Below, piece after piece: positions 46,011 through 53,800 of a DNA stretch of 64,000 nt. Position numbers and translations under genes: made by a program. The notes beneath the pieces were generated by a model. That model saw only the letters and a program-made list of their open reading frames with translations, was not told where the DNA came from and made no database searches. This stretch comes from Clostridiaceae bacterium (GTDB lineage: Bacteria > Bacillota > Clostridia > SK-Y3): the NCBI GenBank assembly GCA_012735465.1, contig JAAYHJ010000016.1, positions 16,648 to 80,647 of the forward strand. Direction: 5' to 3'. Numbering within the stretch: the first letter of the stretch is position 1; every line of letters begins with the position of its first letter.

Positions 46011-47270
46011 TTAATGGAATAACTCTTTTGCAAAATTATATAAGCTATCCTTCCAAACTGTAAAATCGTGGCCGCCTGCAAGTTCATAATAAAAGTGCTT
46101 TGTTCCATTTTTCTCTAATACTAAATGATATCTTTTAGGCTCATCCCTAACAACTGTATCATTTAAACCTGCAGAAATCATAACCACTGTTTTACCGTTA
46201 TATTCTTCCGGTAGTTTAAATGTGTCTTCGGTAAATAAACCTTTTTCCGTTACTCCTAAATTTGTATATTCCAAGATACCAAATGCAGGTGTAAATGCTC
46301 CTATGTATCCAAATGTTTCCGGCATTGTGAAACCGACATGCAGTGATACACGTCCTCCCATTGAAAGACCTGCAATAGCAGTATTTTCGCGACCTTCGGC
46401 AACGGAATAATTTGCTTTTATATAGGGCATGAGATCGTTTTTAAGATCATTTATAAAGTTGTCAAATTCTTGAAAATGAGCAAGTGAAAACATATCTGTG
46501 GTTGGAACAGAATCATCCGCTCGTGCTCTACAATTTGGAATAACAACAATCATTTCATCCGTTCTACCTGCAGCAACTAAATTACCAATAATATACTGTG
46601 GATTACCTGACAACCATTCTCTATGATCCCCACCTATGCCATGAAGTAGATATAGCACGGGATATTTTTTGGTTTCATCATATCCAGGTGGCAGAATTAC
46701 GTTTGCTTTTCTCATTCTGCCTGTAGTGTTTGAATAATATTGTATCTCCACAATATTTCCGTAAGAAACCCCACTCTTTGCAACATCGAATCCTGCTGGC
46801 GGCGTCTCATAAGATATTATTCTTTCCGGCTCGGTACCTAATTCAAATACTTCTGACAATGGCCGCATTGTAGTATCGGATAAAGATTCACCTTCCCATA
46901 CAAATGCCCTTACAACATGGTCAGTAACATCTTCCGGAAGTCTAAACCCTGCAATCATATTTTCTGTAGCACCCACAGGAATTGACTTTGAAATATATGA
47001 TACATTCTTCATCTCATTATTTCCATCAAATAGTGCCACAATTGCTAAAGCAGGAACGCTCTTCTCACTCCTATTTGTCACACTTACTGTGACGTCTAGT
47101 ATTTCGTCTGGATGAAGGTAATTCATATTTGATGTAACAGAAATGTCCATATCATAGTCTTCAGTTGTACCTTCACCTGCCAATACCGCTACTGCAGTTG
47201 TACTAAGCAGCAGACTAATAATCATCGAGGTAACGATAATCATTAAAATGATTCTGTTTTGTTTTGTCAT
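46011..47270 (-). CDS. Secreted esterase (esterase D/CE1-like alpha/beta hydrolase) with N-terminal ~105-aa beta-sandwich-like module
   Basis: 419 aa with a signal peptide, a module (VSVTNRSEKSVPALAIVALFDG...RAFVWEGE), then LYLLHGIGGDHREW and the nucleophile elbow GLSMGG. Confidence 0.8.
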   Translation of the reverse strand: MTKQNRIILMIIVTSMIISLLLSTTAVAVLAGEGTTEDYDMDISVTSNMNYLHPDEILDVTVSVTNRSEKSVPALAIVALFDGNNEMKNVSYISKSIPVGATENMIAGFRLPEDVTDHVVRAFVWEGESLSDTTMRPLSEVFELGTEPERIISYETPPAGFDVAKSGVSYGNIVEIQYYSNTTGRMRKANVILPPGYDETKKYPVLYLLHGIGGDHREWLSGNPQYIIGNLVAAGRTDEMIVVIPNCRARADDSVPTTDMFSLAHFQEFDNFINDLKNDLMPYIKANYSVAEGRENTAIAGLSMGGRVSLHVGFTMPETFGYIGAFTPAFGILEYTNLGVTEKGLFTEDTFKLPEEYNGKTVVMISAGLNDTVVRDEPKRYHLVLEKNGTKHFYYELAGGHDFTVWKDSLYNFAKELFH

Positions 47271-47960
47271 TTTTCATCCCCCGTTAAATTTTTCTTTTAT
47301 AGATACACATTTACCTTTTCTTACATAATTTATTATATCATGAAAAATATGAAATTCAACGGGATATTTTTTGTTCTTATCATATTCCACCGGTGGTGTC
47401 TAATAAGATATTATTCCCTTTTCGGCTCGGGACTTAATTCAAATACGTCTGACAATGGATACATTGTAGTATTTTCTAAACTTTTCCCTTCCCATACAAA
47501 TACTCTCAAAACATGGTCAGTAACATCTTCCGGAAGTCTAAGACCTGCATTCAACTGTTCTGTGACACCCACGTCAATTGTTTTTGACATATATGCAAGA
47601 CCCATCATCTTATTGTCCCTGTCAAATAGCGCCACAATTGCCATAGCATGAACGCTTCTTCCACTCCTATTGGTCACACTTACAAAAACAAAAATAATCT
47701 CGCCTGCCTTAAGGTAATTCATAGTTGTTTCAACAGAAATATCCATGTCAAAAAACTCCTGTTGCCGTTTCCGCCGCCGATACCCCTACGACCGTTGTAC
47801 TAAACAACAGGCTAATAATTATCGAAGTAACGATAATCATTGAAATTATTCTGTTTTGTCTTGTCATTTTTAATCTCCTGTTAAATTTTTCTCTTAGATA
47901 CAAATTTTGCCCCTTACAGAATTTATTATATCATGTAAAATATGAAAACCAAATGAACAA
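46811..47960. repeat. Tandem ~560-595-bp segmental duplication (two diverged copies: 46811-47370 and 47405-47960)
   Basis: Both copies contain the promoter/5'UTR (ttattatatcatg[at]aaaatatgaaa), RBS, signal peptide and module-coding sequence. Identity is roughly three quarters by eye. Confidence 0.8.
47411..47867 (-). pseudogene. Decayed duplicate of the 5' third of the esterase gene (signal peptide plus module), interrupted by a stop
   Basis: From ATG 47867 the translation is MTRQNRIISMIIVTSIIISLLFSTTVVGVSAAETATGVF*. A 111-aa ORF then resumes (MDISVETTMNYL...VFVWEGKSL...), and there is no esterase domain. Confidence 0.75.
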
Positions 47961-48022
47961 TTAATGCATTTGATTGAAAGAGTTGCCATGAGTTGCCATG
48001 AAAAGTTCAATGAACAAATATC

Positions 48023-48051
48023 TTGACAAAGCCTCCATAACTGGCTATAAT
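48023..48051 (+). promoter_or_regulatory. Consensus sigmaA promoter (TTGACA-17 nt-TATAAT) upstream of tRNA-Ser
   Basis: TTGACA 48023-48028, a 17-nt spacer, TATAAT 48046-48051. About 70 nt upstream of the mature tRNA 5' end. Confidence 0.8.
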
Positions 48052-48121
48052 ATAATAGTCGCATGAAATCGGTTAAGAGAATTATGCGACAAGTGCTAGA
48101 TTAAGTGAATCAATATATCAT

Positions 48122-48216
48122 GGAGAGATGGCTGAGCTGGTCTAAGGCGCACGACTGGAAATCGTGTGTACCTGCTAAAACGGGTACCGAGGGTTCGAAT
48201 CCCTCTCTCTCCGCCA
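48122..48216 (+). tRNA. tRNA-Ser (anticodon GGA), CCA-encoded
   Basis: Acceptor stem GGAGAGA/TCTCTCC, anticodon loop CTGGAAA, long variable arm, T-arm GAGGGTTCGAATCCCTC, discriminator G plus CCA. Confidence 0.92.
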
Positions 48217-48250
48217 ATGTTGAAGGTTTCAGTTTTCATGGCTTGAAAAA

Positions 48251-48312
48251 ATATAGGCACTATGATTATTTGAAGAATACGTCAAATAATTATAGTGCCT
48301 ATATTTGTTTTA
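48251..48312 (+). terminator. Long (23-bp, one mismatch) hairpin terminator after tRNA-Ser
   Basis: atataggcactatgattatttga-agaatacg-tcaaataattatagtgcctatat followed by ttgtttta. Confidence 0.75.
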
Positions 48313-48362
48313 TCCGAACGATTACATCCCGCCTTAATGTTCTAAACCTCAAAATACCCTCT

Positions 48363-48448
48363 TCACATCCCAACATAATGTGAAATGAATAATGTCAGAA
48401 GAACCGTCCCCTTGGCAATTAATGTCATAGGGACGGTTCTTCTGACAT
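48363..48448. repeat. Structured repeat, copy A (small hairpin, 27-nt core, and an inverted copy of the core forming a 19-bp hairpin)
   Basis: tcacat-N9-atgtga, 7 nt, aatgtcagaagaaccgtccccttggca, then gggacggttcttctgacat (inverted). Confidence 0.7.
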
Positions 48449-48667
48449 GCTAATTTATCTTATGTTTCTATTTATCCCTCACATTCCTAAAATTTTTCCA
48501 AGAAATAATAAACTTTTATCCATTAATTCTTTCACAAGTATATCCTGCTAATACCTATATCCCCTTTGTTAAAAATATTCCAAATGAATATTTTAACAAG
48601 ACACTGTTAATGATTCAAGCATTTTCGTACTCTTTGTCGTATGGTTCCAAGCACCTAAATACACACC

Positions 48668-48722
48668 TGACATCCAAACATCATGTCAAACGAACAATGT
48701 CAGAAGAACCGTCCCCTTGGCA
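48668..48722. repeat. Structured repeat, copy B (small hairpin plus identical 27-nt core)
   Basis: tgacat-N9-atgtca, 7 nt, aatgtcagaagaaccgtccccttggca. The core is identical to copy A and the hairpin stem carries compensatory changes. Confidence 0.7.
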
Positions 48723-48735
48723 CGCTTCTCCCTTG

Positions 48736-49017
48736 CTACTCTATTGGAAAATTAAACGTATACGCCTTCTTAATGGTTTTTCTTACTTCCCATACACACT
48801 TCATCCCTTTAGGAAAGGATACCAGCATACCCGGTGTAATATGAGTCTGTTCCTCTCCGTGTTTTACAATAACATCTCCTTCAAAAACGTATGCTGTTTC
48901 CTGTTCAGGATACTCCCAATCAAAAGTAGAAGGTTCACATTCCCATCTGCCCCAGGAGTCGATACCCAATTTCTTTGCTTCTTCCAGCGTCATTGTTTTT
49001 GTTACTATCTTTGACAT
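48736..49017 (-). CDS. Small cupin-domain protein (DUF861/cupin_3-like)
   Basis: 93 aa: WGRWECEPSTFDWEYPEQETAYVFEGDVIVKHGEEQTHITPGMLVSFPKGMKCVWEV. Confidence 0.65.
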   Translation of the reverse strand: MSKIVTKTMTLEEAKKLGIDSWGRWECEPSTFDWEYPEQETAYVFEGDVIVKHGEEQTHITPGMLVSFPKGMKCVWEVRKTIKKAYTFNFPIE

Positions 49018-49372
49018 TCAGCATCCCTCCAATATAATTTTTTTTCATTATACCTTACTATCATTTACATTGGCAATGCATTGCTAAATGAATAACCATA
49101 AACATTTGAAGCCCCTCAGAACTTTATCGACAAACTTTCATTGAAGGCAATATGGTTAATTGATAAGCTAAATTTCTCATATCGACAAATCCTACCGTAA
49201 TACTTTACAATGATAAAAGTTATGCCAAAAAATTTATGAATATCTATTAAAAGTATTTTTATCGAAAAATCCAATTGATCAATACTAATAAGCTATAATA
49301 CAAAAATAGGCTTTGTAAACTTAAAATGAAAAAATGACACAATGTTTTATACAATTGCTCTGATTTGTTATA

Positions 49373-49493
49373 AATTTCGCCTGAAGAATAGTAAATGTTC
49401 GTCGTTGAGATTGTCAAGGGTAAAAATGAACGCGCTGAAGCGCGCCCTTGACAATCTCGAGGACGAACATTTGAAAAATAGTTAGGCGAAATT
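49373..49493. repeat. 121-bp compound palindrome inside the IS, between IRL and the transposase stop
   Basis: aatttcgcct[gaagaatagt]aaatgttcgtcgttgagattgtcaaggg...cgcgc-tgaa-gcgcg...cccttgacaatctcgaggacgaacattt[gaaaaatagt]taggcgaaatt. Confidence 0.8.
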
Positions 49494-49503
49494 AAAACAA
49501 AGC

Positions 49504-50178
49504 TTATGCAACAAGAAGATACTTTTTCTTCTGTTTAGCAGTTAGAGTTAATCCAGCTACTTGAGCAGGTGTTAAACCATTAAGAGATGAATGGGGTCTA
49601 ACAAAGTTATAAAAGAATAAGAACATGCTGATTAGGTTATTTGCTGATTCAAAAGAGTTGAAACCTTGCTTTGTCTTATACCAAGCTTTAAATTGATGAT
49701 GGAAAGACTCTATAAGATTGTTAGAAATATCATCTTTAAAGCTTTCAACACGAATGTGTTTAATGTTATTGCCTAAAACAGTTTTAACAGGAACCTTATA
49801 AGCACTGTAACGGTCACTGACAATAGCAACAGGTTGGCCTAAGCTTTTAACAGAATTAAGTAAAGAAAAAACCTGCTCTGAATCTCTATGTGGTGAAAGA
49901 TGAAATCCTAAGACAAAGCGAGTCTCTGAGTCCATAATGAACCATATATAATATTTTTTACCAGAGATTTTTACAGTAGTTTCATCAGCGTGCCATTCAT
50001 CAGAATCAAAATTTAACATTGTCATAAGTTCCAATACAATATTATTAAAATAAGGAGCAAATTGGTGCTTACACTTATGGCAAAGATATTTTTGGAAACC
50101 ATCTTTATCTTTGCCATAGCGATAAAAAGAATGCTCATTATTGCATTTTGGACATTTAACTGGTACAATTTTTTGCAT
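49504..50178 (-). CDS. IS6-family DDE transposase with N-terminal zinc-finger
   Basis: 224 aa: CPKCNN...CHKCKHQF, then WHADETTVKISGKKYYIWFIMD, IVSDRYSAY and NNLIESFHHQFKAWYKTKQGFNSFESA. Compare IS26 HMDETYVKVNGRWAYLYRAVD / NTDKAPAY / NNVIECDHGKLKR. Confidence 0.85.
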   Translation of the reverse strand: MQKIVPVKCPKCNNEHSFYRYGKDKDGFQKYLCHKCKHQFAPYFNNIVLELMTMLNFDSDEWHADETTVKISGKKYYIWFIMDSETRFVLGFHLSPHRDSEQVFSLLNSVKSLGQPVAIVSDRYSAYKVPVKTVLGNNIKHIRVESFKDDISNNLIESFHHQFKAWYKTKQGFNSFESANNLISMFLFFYNFVRPHSSLNGLTPAQVAGLTLTAKQKKKYLLVA

Positions 50179-50287
50179 GAGGACTTCATTCCTTTCTGGG
50201 AGGTATTTGTTTCATAAGCAAAAACATTGTACCACAGAGGATTGGAGTCCTCATTTTCATTTAAGTTTACAAAACGAAAATGAAAAC

Positions 50288-50563
50288 ATGGAGTTGAAGA
50301 ATAAAATTGATTCAATAGGCGATATCATTATCAAAGCGGAAAAGTATGCCAGTGAAATAATATCACAAGCTCTCATGGAAGCTCAATCCATTATCCAGGA
50401 AGCCTTATTAAAAGTGGAACAGGAAACCCAACGATTAGCAACTGCCAAAAAATATATTGAGCAAATCAGAAAGAATGTAAACGATACTTTATATAAAATT
50501 AATGATATCCTGGATACCTCTGAAAAAGAAATAGAAAACCATGTTACAACCATAAAAAGATAA
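50288..50563 (+). CDS. Hypothetical coiled-coil protein (91 aa), possibly 5'-truncated by the IS
   Basis: MELKNKIDSIGDIIIKAEKYASEIISQALMEAQSIIQEA... The ATG lies 12 nt from the IS end, there is no SD sequence, and a terminator follows. The track ORF start at 50141 lies inside the IS. Confidence 0.35.
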   Translation: MELKNKIDSIGDIIIKAEKYASEIISQALMEAQSIIQEALLKVEQETQRLATAKKYIEQIRKNVNDTLYKINDILDTSEKEIENHVTTIKR

Positions 50564-50582
50564 AAGGAAAAGTAAAAAAAAG

Positions 50583-50620
50583 AAAAGCTTGCTGATAATT
50601 GCAGGCTTTTTTGCTTTTTC
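50583..50620 (+). terminator. Rho-independent terminator
   Basis: aagcttgc-tgataatt-gcaggctt (one G-U pair) followed by ttttttgcttttt. Confidence 0.6.
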
Positions 50621-50766
50621 AAGGGAAAAATTTAACTGTAGAATCTTTTTCACTTTTATAGATTATGTACTTATGTACCTATATACTTTTTAGTTAACAA
50701 TATTATAAATATTTGCTATGCAATGAAAAAAATTACACATAAAACTATCCCAATAAAACGATTATA

Positions 50767-50775
50767 TGGTATAAT
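50767..50775 (+). promoter_or_regulatory. Extended -10 element (TGGTATAAT) upstream of the GH67 gene
   Basis: tggtataat, 33 nt upstream of ATG 50808. The -35 is not obvious. Confidence 0.4.
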
Positions 50776-50807
50776 TTTATTAAATTTACAACGAAAGGGG
50801 TAAATGT

Positions 50808-53800
50808 ATGAAAAAGCTTTTTAAAAAAATCATCAGCTCAATTTTATTATTATCCATATTATTCACTTTCATTGTCCCCGGTACTTTTGTTGCAGCGGAA
50901 GAAAATCCTTTGCCATCTTTACCACCGGATGAGGACGGATCCAACTTGTGGCTGCGTTATGTCAGGGTTAGCGATGCAGACAAGTTGGACGAGTACCGAA
51001 GGGTTGTTACCAATATAGTAGTGCCGAATCCTTCATCTTCAGCCACCTTAACCATTATACGTGATGAACTAAACATGGGATTGGACGGCCTGTTGGACCT
51101 GGACATACCTTATGTTGAAACCGATACAATCAGTGAAGGTTCGGTAATAGTGGGTACTCCTGCCAGCTCCTCTATTATTAGAAGCCTGAACCTGGAAGAT
51201 ACGCTTGATTCATTAGGGGACGAAGGCTATATTATTAAATCCGTCACTATCGACGGGAAGAAGGTTACCGTAATTGCTTCCAAGGGCGAATTTGGTGCTC
51301 TCTATGGAACCTTTGGTTTCCTAAGGCTTCTTCAAACCCAAAAGTCCATAACCAACCTGGACATCTCCGACAAACCTAAAGTTAAAATTCGGAAATTGGA
51401 TCACTGGGAAACCGAACGCAATTATGCCGGCGGTAATTTTATAAACTGGAACTCGCTGCCGGATACCCTCCTGCCCCGATACACCACCTTTGCACGGGCT
51501 TGTGCTTCAGTAGGAATCAATGCTTTCGTATTTAATAATGTCAATGCATCTGCCACATATTTGACCGCTGAGTATATAGCAAAAGAAAAGGCATTGGCCG
51601 ACTTATTCAGACCCTATGGAATTAAAGTTTACTTATCCGTGCCATTCAATGCACCACGCAGTATAGCAACACCTTCCTATCCCGGTGTATCCAGCAGCCC
51701 CAGATTAAACACTGCCGACCCGCTGGACCCACAGGTTATTAAATGGTGGAACGATATGGTTGACGCCATTTATTCGCAAATACCCGACTTTGGAGGATTT
51801 TTGATTAAAGCCGGCTCAGAAGGTCAATCCGGACCCGGTGACTACGGTCGTACCCATGCCGATGGTGCAAACTGTCTGGCCAGGGCCTTGGCTCGGCATG
51901 GAGGTATTGCATTCTGGCGCTCCTTTGTTTACCGTGCCGATGTGGACCCCGACCGCCTGAAGAGGGCTTACCTGGAATTTAAACCCCTTGACGGACAATT
52001 TGACGATAATGTATTTGTCCAGACCAAATACGGTCCCCTGGATTTCATGCCGCGCGAGCCGTTCCATCCCTTGTTCGGGCAAATGCCGCAAACAAAACAA
52101 TGTATTGAATTGCAAATAACCCAGGAATATACCGGCCAAAGCACTCACCTTACCTACCTGGCACCGATTTGGGAAGAAATATTAAAATCAGATACCTACG
52201 TCGATGGTGCCGGTTCCTATGTGGGAAAGGTCATTGACGGAACACTTCACGGACATACTGATATGACAAGTATGACCGGTGTTTCAAATATCGGTTCTGC
52301 AACCAACTTAACTGGTCATCCCTTCGGTCAGGCTAACTGGTTTGCTTTCGGACGCATGGCCTGGGACTGGACACTTACATCCAAATCAATTGCTGACGAT
52401 TGGATCCGCATGACATGGAGCAACGACCCCTACGTGGTTGATACGATTAAGCGCATGATGATGGGTTCCCGAGAGGCCTTGGTCAATTATCAGGAATCCC
52501 TAGGTCTTGTTCATCAGCAACGGCAAAGCGACCATTACGGTCCCGGACCCAGCGAAATCTCCACCGGCTCCAACCCGGACTGGTACGCAAGATGGTATAG
52601 CAGGGCCGACTCGGTTGGTCTTGGTTACGACCGTTCCAGTAACGGCAGTAATTTTGCAAGCCTGTACGCGCCGGAACTTGCCACCATGTTTAACAGCATG
52701 GAAACCTGTCCGGAAAACCTGCTGGCTTTGTTCTATCATGTACCCTTCACCTATACCATGAAATCAGGCCGAACTTTCTGGGACGAGTTATGCCGCAATT
52801 ACCAAATAGGTGTGCACTATGTAACCAACATGCGCGCACAATGGGATTCCCTCCAGCCATATATAGATAATGCTCGTTTTACCGATGTTAAAAACCGATT
52901 AGCCAACCATGAAAGAGATGCCGGAATATGGCGCGATACTTGTATCAGTTACTACGGCAGTTGGAGCCAAATGCCGGTACCCCCTGATCCTTTACAGCTG
53001 CGCAACCTTATGATAGACGGAAACCAGATAGATGGGTTTGAACCCGGTGTTTATGATTATACCGTAGGAGGCTTAACCGGCGATAAAATACCGCAAGTCA
53101 GCGCCGTTCCCAATGATCCCAATGCCACGGTAACCATTACCCAGGCAACAGGAATACCCGGGCAGGCAGTAGTAAAAGTATACATGGAAGAACCATTTTT
53201 CTACGGTCCGGAATTCATATTAAAGGATTATCCCAATACCATGCTGGCAGTCTACACTATAAACTTCACCGATGAAGTAATTCCTGAAAATTTTGTGGTG
53301 GCTATTGAAGCAGAAACTGCAGCGGAAAACACCGAAAATGCTTATGTACGTGGTGTTGCCAACGGCACTTATACCTGGTCCCTTGTTGACGGACAGACGA
53401 CAAAAGCCATGCAGTTCTTACCTGACGACGGCACCTTGGTTACATCAGGTACTGATACGGACAGCCTGAATGCCGGTTCAAGTCTTAATTATAAGATCAA
53501 TTTCCCAACCGGAGGAACATATTACGTTTGGCTGCTTTGCAAGAGCCGTAATTACAACACGGACTCCATTCACGTTGGATTGGATAAAGAGTATAAATTC
53601 ACCGCCAACGGTATCCAGGGTAAAAGCAACGGCCAGTGGCGATGGGTTAATATAAGCGATGGCAGTGATGGCATAATACTCGGTGCATCTACTTTAGAAA
53701 TCAGCGCCGGCGTACATGAACTTAACTTCTGGGGAAGAGAATCAGGACTTGCAATAGACAGGATATACTTAACCACTGACGGTTCAATCTCAGAACCTAC

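Larger units (their letters stand above)
49309..50276 (-). mobile_element. IS6-family insertion sequence (~968 bp)
   Basis: Imperfect terminal inverted repeats GGCTTTGTAAACTTAAAATG (49309-49328) and CATTTAAGTTTACAAAACG (50258-50276), about 16/20 matching. One transposase ORF. Confidence 0.75.

Noticed and set aside
47411-47746. The 111-aa ORF treated as an intact stand-alone gene.
   Set aside because: It is the in-frame remainder of a duplicated gene fragment whose signal-peptide portion is cut off by a stop. It has no RBS before its first Met and ends exactly at the duplication boundary. It is better described as a pseudogene (alternative kept open in the findings).
47981-48000. Tandem 10-mer agttgccatg x2 upstream of the tRNA promoter, considered as a regulatory or repeat feature.
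   Set aside because: There are only two copies, it is too short to assess, and I know of no matching motif. It is mentioned under the tRNA finding only.
48385-48453. 22-codon ORF (MNNVRRTVPLAINVIGTVLLTC) spanning the palindromic repeat copy A.
   Set aside because: It has no RBS. The ORF is a by-product of the 19-bp inverted repeat, and the second repeat copy is read in a different frame.
49301-50284. 8-bp target-site duplication flanking the IS6 element.
   Set aside because: The flanks (caaaaata / aaaatgaa) share only an offset AAAAT. No flush direct repeat can be defined, so no TSD is claimed. IS6 cointegrate resolution can also leave none.
43943-50620. Calling the whole 44-50.6 kb stretch an integrated genomic island at tRNA-Ser.
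   Set aside because: There is no integrase or recombinase other than the IS6 transposase, no direct repeat of the tRNA 3' end, and the tRNA lies in the middle rather than at the boundary. Only local plasticity is supported.
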